Of a stretch of 28,342 nucleotides of DNA, positions 18,104 to 25,745 are shown in pieces. Under the pieces are notes generated by a model, which ran no database searches, had not been told where the DNA came from, and saw only the letters and a program-made list of their open reading frames with translations. The stretch covers positions 1 to 28,342 of the forward strand of contig VAWV01000061.1 in the NCBI GenBank assembly GCA_005883295.1. The letters are read 5' to 3'. The DNA comes from Actinomycetota bacterium (lineage in GTDB: Bacteria > Actinomycetota > Thermoleophilia > Solirubrobacterales > Thermoleophilaceae). Position 1 is the first letter of the stretch. The number at the start of each line of letters is the position of its first letter. Position numbers and translations under genes: made by a program.

Positions 18104-19109
18104 TCGCCGCCGGATCGAGGCACGGGTACGGCTGAACCGCCTCGCGATCGGGGGATGGTCAGCGCAGACCCTCTTTGCGGCGAACAGGCTCGGCGTCTTC
18201 GACCTGCTTTGCGACGGGCGTGCGCTCACCGCGGCGGAGGTGGCCCGCGAGCTCGGGACCGAGGAGGATTCGACGGCGCGCCTCCTGGGAGCGCTCGCCG
18301 CGTTGGACCTCGTCGAGCACCGCGACGAGCAGTTCTGCAATTCACGCGCTGCCGAGGACTTCCTCGTCTCCGGCCGGCCGGAGTCGCTGGCCACCTGGGT
18401 GGCGCTCATCGGAGATTGGAACCAGACCTTCGCGCAGCTCGGCGAGTCGGTCCGCACCGGTGAGCCGGCCGAGGTCCCGGAGGAGCACCTCGGCCGGTCG
18501 CCGGAGTACACCCGCAGGTTCATCATCGGGATGCACGACTACGCGATCGGCCCCGGCCGCGAGCTCGCGCGCCACCTCGATCTGGAGGGGCGGCGGCGGC
18601 TGCTCGACCCGGGAGGGGGCCCGGGCACGTACTCGATCCTGCTCGCCGAGGCGAACCCCGGGCTGACCTGCACGGTGTTCGACCTCCCGGAGGTGGTCGA
18701 GATCGCGCGGGAGGTGATCGCCGAGCACGATCTCGAGGACCGCGTGTCGACCGCCGCCGGCGACTACCACTCGGACGAATTCCCAACGGGGTACGACGTT
18801 GCCCTCGTCTCGAACACGCTGCATCAGGAGGACTGGGACACCTGCGTCGCGATCCTGAGGAAGGCCCACGACGCGCTCGAGCCGGGCGGGCTCGCGGTAG
18901 TTCAGGCGATGTTTCTGAACGAGCGCGGCGACGGTCCGCTATGGCCGGCGCTCCACAACCTGCTCATGCTCCTCGTCTACCGGGGCGGTCGGGCGTATTC
19001 CGTCGAGCAAACGTTCCGCATGCTCGAGGAGGCCGGCTTCCAGCACCCGGAGATCCACAGGATGTCACCGTTCAACGCCGGTTCCTTCGTCACCGCGACT
19101 CGCGCCTAG
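18093..19109 (+). CDS. Methyltransferase family 2 (dimerisation HTH + Rossmann; CrtF/COMT-like O/N-methyltransferase)
   Basis: N-terminal AANRLGVFDLL...TAAEVARELG...RLLGALAALDL; LLDPGGGPGTYS, VFDLPEV, AGDY, SNTLH. Overlaps the carrier-protein stop by 11 nt. Confidence 0.87.
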   Translation: MPVDRRRIEARVRLNRLAIGGWSAQTLFAANRLGVFDLLCDGRALTAAEVARELGTEEDSTARLLGALAALDLVEHRDEQFCNSRAAEDFLVSGRPESLATWVALIGDWNQTFAQLGESVRTGEPAEVPEEHLGRSPEYTRRFIIGMHDYAIGPGRELARHLDLEGRRRLLDPGGGPGTYSILLAEANPGLTCTVFDLPEVVEIAREVIAEHDLEDRVSTAAGDYHSDEFPTGYDVALVSNTLHQEDWDTCVAILRKAHDALEPGGLAVVQAMFLNERGDGPLWPALHNLLMLLVYRGGRAYSVEQTFRMLEEAGFQHPEIHRMSPFNAGSFVTATRA

Positions 19110-19754
19110 CGCTTCAAGCCCGGCCTCGCTCAGCGTGCGGGGATAGGGCACGCGCCGGGCCGGGTTCCCTGAAACCATGGTCTCGGGCGGGACGTCGCGG
19201 GTGACGACGGACCCGGGGGCGACTATCGCGCGCGCCCCGATGGTGATCCCCCTGTAGAGCCCGCAGTTGTTGCCGATCCAGGCCCCGCTCTCGATCCGAA
19301 GCGGTGGACCTGTGACGAAGGATGCGCGACTGGCCGGCACCCCGTCCATCACCTCAGTCCAGTCGTGGATCGTGTCCGCGATCGTCACCCCGTGACCGAT
19401 CCCGCAGTCCTCGCCGATATGGATCCCGTTCACGGCCACCAGCCGGACGTTGTGGCCCACCACGGTTCGGTCGCCGAGTCGAAGGACGACCTGACCTCGT
19501 GGCGCGTACGCCTCAATGCAAATCCCCGATCGGATCTCCACGTCGCTCCCGATCGCAACGGACGCCGGATTGATGAGCGCGACCCTCGGGCTCGCAATTC
19601 GAGAGCCCGCTCCGAACTCCGCGAAGCGGGAGGCGAGGGGGTCTCCGTGTCCGATCGCGAGCGAGTCGTCGCGGAGTCTCTCGAGACGATTGAACAAGCG
19701 TTGGAGCAGCGCCCGCCATGGGCCCCGAAGCCTCCGACTCACGCGACCGGGCAT
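19065..19754 (-). CDS. Hexapeptide-repeat (LbH) acyltransferase
   Basis: IGSDVEIR, LGDRTVVG, IGEDCGIG, DTIH, IESGAWIG, IGARAIVAPGSVVTRDVPPETMVSGNPAR. Start ATG 19754 is a judgement; the ORF extends to 19859. Confidence 0.83.
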   Translation of the reverse strand: MPGRVSRRLRGPWRALLQRLFNRLERLRDDSLAIGHGDPLASRFAEFGAGSRIASPRVALINPASVAIGSDVEIRSGICIEAYAPRGQVVLRLGDRTVVGHNVRLVAVNGIHIGEDCGIGHGVTIADTIHDWTEVMDGVPASRASFVTGPPLRIESGAWIGNNCGLYRGITIGARAIVAPGSVVTRDVPPETMVSGNPARRVPYPRTLSEAGLEALGASRGDEGTGVER

Positions 19755-19880
19755 CTGTGCGCACCGTACCAGCGGGCGAGCAGGCCACCGCGTGCAACCG
19801 GCTTGCCCGGGCGAGTCGTGGGCTACGCTCCGTTCGCCCGGCCGAGCAGCGTCCCCCACCGGCGGGGCTGCCGATTACCC

Positions 19881-21339
19881 ATGGCCAACGAGGCTCAACT
19901 GCTAGAAGCTCCGGAGGCGCCGCAGCTCGAACCCGCGGTCTCCGGGGACGGCCAGTCGCTCCGCACGCGCGCAGCGCGCGGCACGGTGATCAACGCGGCC
20001 TTCATGGTCCTGCTCCAGACCATCGGCCTGCTGAAGGGCTTCATCATCGCCGCGTTCCTGACCCGCAGTGAGTACGGGGTCTGGGGCATCCTCGTGATAA
20101 CGATCGGGACGCTGGGCTGGCTGAAGGACGTCGGGATCTCGGACAAGTACGTCCAGCAGGACGAGCACGATCAGGAGGTCGCGTACCAGAAGGCGTTCAC
20201 GATCGACCTGATCTCGAACGCCGGTCTGTTCCTGCTGGTCCTCGTGGCGCTGCCCCTGTTCGCGCTCGCGTATGGCGACTGGAAGCTCGTGATCCCGGGC
20301 CTGGTGATCAACGCGACCCTGCTGGGCCAGTCGCTCAAGACCCCGAGCTGGATCTTCTACCGCGAGATGCGCTACGGCCGCCAGCGTCTCCTCGACGCGG
20401 TGGACCCGCTCGTCTCGTTCGCCGTGACGATCGGGCTCGCGATCGCGGGGCTCGGATACTGGGCGCTGGTTCTCGGTTTCTTCGCCGGCGTGTACGCGGG
20501 CGCGATCGCGGCCGTGATCGCCAGCCCATACCCGATCGCGCTGCGTTTCGATCGTAGGACCGGCCGCGAGTACTTCGGGTTCTCTTGGCCGCTGATCGTC
20601 GCGAGCTCGAGCGGCATCCTGGTCCCGCAGGTCGGCATGCTCGTAGCGACCCGCAAGCTCGGTCTCGGCGCGGCGGGCGTCCTCAGCCTCGCGGGAACGG
20701 TGGGCGTCTACACCAACAAGATCGACGAGCTCGTCACCTGGACGCTCTATCCGGCCATCTGCCGCGTGAAGGACCGCACGGAGCTGCTGTTCGAGGCGTT
20801 CGTGAAGTCGAACCGGCTCGCGCTCATGTGGGGCGTTCCGTTCGGCGTGGGGATCGCACTGTTCGCTTCCGAGCTGGTCCATTTCGGGATCGGCGATCGC
20901 TGGCGGCCGGCGATCGGGCTCCTCGAAGTCTTCGGCCTCGTGGCGGCCATCAACCACATCGGGTTCAACTGGATGTCGTTCTTCGGCGCCCGCGGCAACA
21001 CCCGTCCCATGGCGGTCTTCGGGCCCGTCGTCCTGCTCGCGTTTCTCGTCTTCGCCGTTCCGCTCCTCCTGCTCTACGGGCTCATGGGCTTCGGAGCCGG
21101 GACATGCCATGCGGGCCATCGCGCCGACCGTCCCGGCCGCAGCCGTCACGCTCGCGCTTCGCGCCGCAGCTCCCGCGCGGTCGCTCGCATGGGCGCTGAC
21201 CGAGCTCGCGGTGTACCTGCTGGTGACGGTCGTCGCCACGTGGCTGCTCGAGCGCGATCTGCTCCGCGAGGCGGTCGGATACGTGCACGGCCGAGCGCGT
21301 CCCCGGTTCGTGACCGGGCGCATCGCCGCGGACGGCTAG
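19881..21339 (+). pseudogene. wzx: Wzx-type oligosaccharide flippase, frameshifted near 21102/21103
   Basis: SLRTRAARGTVINAAF...FLTRSEYG...DVGISDKYVQ...REMRY...LYPA Wzx/PST pattern in one frame until ...GFGAG (21101). The hydrophobic C-terminus HAMRAIAPTVPAAAVTL...ERDLLREA continues in another frame to TAG 21339. Confidence 0.75.
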
Positions 21340-21381
21340 CTTCCAGGGCTGCGCCCCAAGATCGAACGAGGAGCGATTCGG

Positions 21382-21939
21382 ATGGAGAGGATTCAGAGCA
21401 GGCTGGACGGCCCGATCCTGGTCGAGCCGACCATCCACCGCGACAAGCGCGGGTTCTTCCACGAGAGCTACCGGCGAGGCCGGTACTCGGAGCTCGGGAT
21501 GACCGCCGAGTTCGTGCAGGACAACCACTCCCGCTCCTCGCACGGGATCGTGCGCGGCATGCACTTCCAGGTTGGAAAGGGCATGGCGAAGCTGGTCCGC
21601 TGTGCCCGCGGCGCCATACTCGACGTGGTGGTGGACCTGCGCCGCGGCTCGCCGACATTCGGCGAGTGGGAGGCATTCGAGCTGAACGACGAGAACCTCC
21701 ACCAGCTGTACTGCCCGGTGGGGTTCGCCCACGGCTTCTGCGTCACCAGCGAGACCGCCGACGTGCTCTACAAGTGCGACGCGTACTACGACGAGTCGAT
21801 CGAGCGCGGCATCAGGTACGACGACCCCGATGTGGGGATCGAGTGGCCGGCGATCGAGCTCATCCCGTCGGAGCGTGACGCGAACGCCCCGCTCCTGTCG
21901 GAGGTCGCGGACCACCTCCCCTTCGAATACCGGCCCTGA
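21382..21939 (+). CDS. rfbC: dTDP-4-dehydrorhamnose 3,5-epimerase
   Basis: DKRGFFHESY, FVQDNHSRS, RGMHFQ, KLVRC..G.I.DV.VDLR.GSPTFG, GFAHGFC, YKC..YY, GIRYDDP. Confidence 0.93.
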   Translation: MERIQSRLDGPILVEPTIHRDKRGFFHESYRRGRYSELGMTAEFVQDNHSRSSHGIVRGMHFQVGKGMAKLVRCARGAILDVVVDLRRGSPTFGEWEAFELNDENLHQLYCPVGFAHGFCVTSETADVLYKCDAYYDESIERGIRYDDPDVGIEWPAIELIPSERDANAPLLSEVADHLPFEYRP

Positions 21940-21942
21940 CGG

Positions 21943-22830
21943 CTATCGAGCGGCGGCGGGTGTCAACCCGGCGCTGAGCATGTAGTCCGCCAGCGCGTCG
22001 CGCCAGGGGCGGAGCTCTGCCAGGCCCGCGGCGTCCGCTCGCGGCCGGGCCAGGACGCCGTTCAGCGGCCGGTCGGCGCCGCCCTCGGGAACCACCGTCG
22101 CGACGGGCTCGAGCGGCACGTCGATCGCGGCGAGCTCGAGGATCCCGCGAGTGAACTCGTACCACGAGCAGTCGCCCCCGTTCGTGATGTGGAGCAGCCC
22201 GTTCACGCCCCGATCGACAGCCTGGATCAGCGCGGCGGCGAGGTCGGTCGTGTAGGTCGGGCTCAGGCGCTGGTCGGCCACAACGCTCAGCTTCCTCTGC
22301 TCGCGGGCGCGGCCGATCATCCTCACCACGAAGTTGCCGCCCTTCGAGGCGCTTCCGAATCGTCCGTACAGGCCCGCCGTCCGGACCACCAGCGCGCCCG
22401 GCGCATACGCGAGCGCGGCGTGCTCGCCCCCGAGCTTCGAGATCGCGTAGACGCTCCGCGGGGACGGCCGGTCGAGCTCGCCGTAGGGCTCGGTGGCGGA
22501 CCCGTCGAACACGTAGTTGGTGCTGAGGTGAATGAGGGTGGCGCCGTGCGCCTCGCACCGCTCGGCAATCCGCTTGACCGCCCGCGTGTTGACCTCGAAC
22601 GCGCGGTCCTCCTCGCCCTCGCAGACGTCGACGTTGTGGAACGCGGCGCAATTGAAGACGACGGTCGGCCGCAGACGCGCGAAGGTATCGGCGACTGTCC
22701 GGTCGTCGGTGATGTCCAGCTCGGAGCGGGCGCGCGCGTGCACCTCGACACCCAGCCGGCCGAGCTGATCCTCGAGGTCCGAGGCGAGCTGACCGCCGCC
22801 GCCGGTGACCAGCACCGGGCCGTCCGTCAC
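21943..22830 (-). CDS. rfbD: dTDP-4-dehydrorhamnose reductase-like SDR
   Basis: From GTG 22830: LVTGGGGQLA, LDITD, NCAAFHNVDVCE, HLSTNYVFDG, YAISKLGGE, VVADQRLSPT. Confidence 0.87.
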   Translation of the reverse strand: MTDGPVLVTGGGGQLASDLEDQLGRLGVEVHARARSELDITDDRTVADTFARLRPTVVFNCAAFHNVDVCEGEEDRAFEVNTRAVKRIAERCEAHGATLIHLSTNYVFDGSATEPYGELDRPSPRSVYAISKLGGEHAALAYAPGALVVRTAGLYGRFGSASKGGNFVVRMIGRAREQRKLSVVADQRLSPTYTTDLAAALIQAVDRGVNGLLHITNGGDCSWYEFTRGILELAAIDVPLEPVATVVPEGGADRPLNGVLARPRADAAGLAELRPWRDALADYMLSAGLTPAAAR

Positions 22831-23933
22831 GTAACCGCGTCGAGCCGACCGAGGCGCGGGCGCAGCTCGTTCAGCAACTCGAGCCACCGGATGTTGTAGT
22901 GGCGCGGGTCGCTGAGCGATGTGCGATCGGTGATGTCCACCCGGCCGAGAAGGTCGTGCACGGCCTCGACGACCGACCGGCTGGGCGAGAAGCCGAGGTG
23001 CACCGCGAGCTTCGCATTCGAGCACTCGTAGTCGCGGGTCAGCTCCGGCGCCGGGACCTCTTCCAGCTCGACCCGCCGGCCCATGAGCTGGACCGACCCT
23101 GCGACCAGCATCGCGAGCTCGCGGATCTGGTAGTTCGAGTGCAGGACGTTGAAGATCTCCCCACGCACCAGGTCGGCATCGGCCTCGAGGGCGACGATCA
23201 TCGCGTCCGAGACGTCGCAGACGTCCACGAGCGGCCGCCACATCCAGCCGCCTCCGTGGAGGAGCAACCGCTCCTGTAGCAGCGCGTCCTTGACGAACGT
23301 GTTGACCACGAGGTCGTACCGCATGCGCGGGCTGTAGCCGTAGACGGTGCCGTTGCGAAGCAGCACGGCGGTCAGCCCCTCGCTGGCCAATGCGAGCAGC
23401 GCCTCCTCCGCGTAGCGCTTGGAGGTCGCGTACGCGCCGACCGGCCGGAGCTCCGCGCTCTCGTCGTGCATGCCGAGCGGCAGCCCGTCGTAGAGCGAGC
23501 ACGAGGAAGCGAAGACGAAGCGCTCGATGCCGCGCTCGAGGCACGCCCGTCCGAGCGCCCCGGTCCCGACCGCGTTCATCTGCCAGTTCGCCTCGGGGTC
23601 GTACTCGGCGGTGGGATCGTTCGACAGGCCCGCCAGGTGGATCACCCCGTCGATGCCGTCCAGCGCCTCGGGCGGCACGGCGCGGATGTCAGCCTCTACC
23701 AGCTCGATGCGGTCGCGGAACGAGGCGAGCGGCCCCTCGCCCCAGTAGAGGACGTCGAGCACGCGGACCCTGTAGCCGCGCTCCAGTAGGCGCGGCACCA
23801 GCACGCATCCGATGTATCCGCCGCCCCCCGTGACGAGCACCGTGCGGCCACGTTCCGGCGGCTCGGGCGGGAGCCCGTTGCTGCGGACGCTGCGCTTCGG
23901 AAGTGGCGACCGCGAGTGTCCGTTCTTCGTCAT
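22827..23933 (-). CDS. NAD-dependent NDP-sugar epimerase/dehydratase (extended SDR)
   Basis: LVTGGGGYIG, HLAGLSNDP, FASSCSLY, YATSK, LRNGTVYGYSPRMRYDLVVN. Start ATG 23933 with GGAG upstream; stop overlaps the rfbD start. Confidence 0.87.
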   Translation of the reverse strand: MTKNGHSRSPLPKRSVRSNGLPPEPPERGRTVLVTGGGGYIGCVLVPRLLERGYRVRVLDVLYWGEGPLASFRDRIELVEADIRAVPPEALDGIDGVIHLAGLSNDPTAEYDPEANWQMNAVGTGALGRACLERGIERFVFASSCSLYDGLPLGMHDESAELRPVGAYATSKRYAEEALLALASEGLTAVLLRNGTVYGYSPRMRYDLVVNTFVKDALLQERLLLHGGGWMWRPLVDVCDVSDAMIVALEADADLVRGEIFNVLHSNYQIRELAMLVAGSVQLMGRRVELEEVPAPELTRDYECSNAKLAVHLGFSPSRSVVEAVHDLLGRVDITDRTSLSDPRHYNIRWLELLNELRPRLGRLDAVT

Positions 23934-23971
23934 TTCCGGTCCAGTGCTCCCCCCGCGCACGAGCCCGCGCC

Positions 23972-23977
23972 AGGGTA
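23972..23977 (-). promoter_or_regulatory. Putative -10 (TACCCT) for the SDR-rfbD transcript
   Basis: TAnnnT about 38 nt upstream of ATG 23933, followed by a GGGGGGAG SD-like leader. Confidence 0.3.
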
Positions 23978-24024
23978 CCAGCGGCCATCGCCGCCGGCGC
24001 CGCCCTGTGCGATGATCGCCAGGG

Positions 24025-24981
24025 ATGAGCGGGCCCGCGCCGACCGTCAGCGTCGTGGTGCCGGCCCGTGACGCGGAGGCGACGATCGCCGCGACGCTCG
24101 AGGCACTCACCTCCCAGGTGGTGGACGTTCCCTATGAGGTGATCGTCGTCGACGACGGCTCGAGCGACGCCACGGTGGACATCGCGGCACGCGCGCCCGG
24201 ACCGGTGCGAGTGCTGCACGAGCAGGGAGTCGGGGTCGCGGCGGCCCGCAACGCCGGCGCTGCTGAGGCGTGTGGCGCGGTCCTTGCGTTCACGGACTCC
24301 GACTGCATGCCGGTGAGCAGCTGGCTCGCCAGCGCGCTCGCCGCGCTACGCGACGCCGACCTGGTGCAGGGACCGATCGTGCCCCCGCCGGGGGCCGCGC
24401 ACGGTCCTTTCGACCGGAGCCTCTGGGTGGACGAGGAAACTGGACTGCACGAGTCGGCGAACCTCGTGGTCCGCCGTGAGCTGTTCGAGCGCGTCGGCGG
24501 TTTCGAAGGATGGCTCGAGCACCCGGGTGCGCGCATAACCTCGATCGGGGAGGACACTTGGTTCGGGTGGCGTGCTCGGCGGGCGGGTGCGCGCATAACC
24601 TTCTGCCGCGACGCTGTCGTGCACCACCACGTCTTCCCGCGCAGCGCGTGGGAGTTCGTCTTCGAGCGGCGCCGCGTCCAGTACTTCCCGGCCATGGTCA
24701 GGCGGATGCCCGAGCTACGCGAGTACCTCTTCCGGCGCTGGTTCCTGAGCCGTCGCAGTGCTGCCTTCGACCTAGCCCTGGTGGGGATTGCAGGTGGGAT
24801 ACGCCGGCGCTCGTGCGGTCCGCTGACAAGCGTGCTCCCATACGCATTCGAGCTCTACCTGCATTCACGCGCTTGGCGGCGCCGGGCGCCGGCGATGGCA
24901 GGCGTGACGGTCGCCGCGGACCTCGTGGCGTTTCTGTCGCTCGTGCAGGGAAGCCTCCGCGAGCGCGCCCTCCTGCTTTAA
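24025..24981 (+). CDS. Glycosyltransferase family 2
   Basis: VSVVVPARDAE, VVDDGSSD, AARNAG, AFTDSDC, ANL, GGFE, GEDT. Confidence 0.9.
   Translation: MSGPAPTVSVVVPARDAEATIAATLEALTSQVVDVPYEVIVVDDGSSDATVDIAARAPGPVRVLHEQGVGVAAARNAGAAEACGAVLAFTDSDCMPVSSWLASALAALRDADLVQGPIVPPPGAAHGPFDRSLWVDEETGLHESANLVVRRELFERVGGFEGWLEHPGARITSIGEDTWFGWRARRAGARITFCRDAVVHHHVFPRSAWEFVFERRRVQYFPAMVRRMPELREYLFRRWFLSRRSAAFDLALVGIAGGIRRRSCGPLTSVLPYAFELYLHSRAWRRRAPAMAGVTVAADLVAFLSLVQGSLRERALLL
24524..24601 (+). repeat. 18-bp exact direct repeat CGGGTGCGCGCATAACCT (24524-24541, 24584-24601), 60-bp period
   Basis: Read directly from the sequence; encodes GARIT twice. Confidence 0.9.
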
Positions 24982-25022
24982 GCGGCACGGACTCCTGCGG
25001 GTCCTGCGTATCCTGCCGCCCC

Positions 25023-25745
25023 TTGGCGACACGCGCCTCAGAGGATCTGCTGGAGCGCGCTAAGGCGCGCCGCTGGTACCACACGCTCGAGCTCGCGCCC
25101 GGCCACGTGACCGACGGCTGGTGGGACCACCGGCCGTTCGTGGACCGGTTCGGGCTGCCCGAGAGGATGGACGGCCTCCGGGCGCTGGACGTGGGTACGT
25201 GGGACGGCTACTGGGCCTTCGAGATGGAGCGCCGGGGGGCCGAGGTGGTTGCGCTCGACCTCGACGACGAGCGCGACCTCGACTACCCGCCGCGACGCCG
25301 GCCGACCGAGTTCCCGGACGAGCCGCGCGGGGCCGGCTTCGAGCTTGCCCGGCGGATCCTCGGCTCAAAGGTCGAGCGGGTGAACCGCAACATCTACGAC
25401 GCGACCCCGGAGGAGCTCGGGACCTTCGACCTGGTGTTCTGCGCCACGGTTCTGGTCCACGTGCGCGACCAGCTGCTCGCCCTCGAGCGGATCGCAAACC
25501 TCTGCGCGGGCACGTTCATCTTCGCCGACGAGTACGACCCGCTCGCCGGGCTGGCGCCGTTCCCGGCGAGCAGGTATCTCGCCGACAGGGACAAGGCGGT
25601 GGTGTTCTGGCTCCCGAGCGCTCGGACCTGGAAGAAGATGCTCTACACGGCGGGGTTCAACCGGGTGGAGGAGCGCGGCAGGTTCAAGCTCAGGGCGACC
25701 GACGGGCTCGCGGTGCGCCATCTCGTGCTCCATTCGTTCAAGTAG
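25023..25745 (+). CDS. Class I SAM-dependent methyltransferase (CmoB/DUF1698-like group), paralog B
   Basis: WYHTLELAPG..TDGW, ALDVGTWDGYWAFEMERRGA, FDLVFC..VLVHVRD. Start TTG 25023, 8 nt after TATCCT; the ORF's upstream part overlaps the GT2 and is not protein-like. Confidence 0.8.
   Translation: MATRASEDLLERAKARRWYHTLELAPGHVTDGWWDHRPFVDRFGLPERMDGLRALDVGTWDGYWAFEMERRGAEVVALDLDDERDLDYPPRRRPTEFPDEPRGAGFELARRILGSKVERVNRNIYDATPEELGTFDLVFCATVLVHVRDQLLALERIANLCAGTFIFADEYDPLAGLAPFPASRYLADRDKAVVFWLPSARTWKKMLYTAGFNRVEERGRFKLRATDGLAVRHLVLHSFK

Noticed and set aside
21103-21878. Apparent 837-aa flippase fusion (ORF 19365..21878)
   Set aside because: The tail after 21102 is frameshift read-through over rfbC, not a real domain fusion.
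24510-25022. N-terminal extension of the 411-aa ORF 24510..25745
   Set aside because: Overlaps the GT2 in another frame; the real start is likely TTG 25023 after a -10 box.
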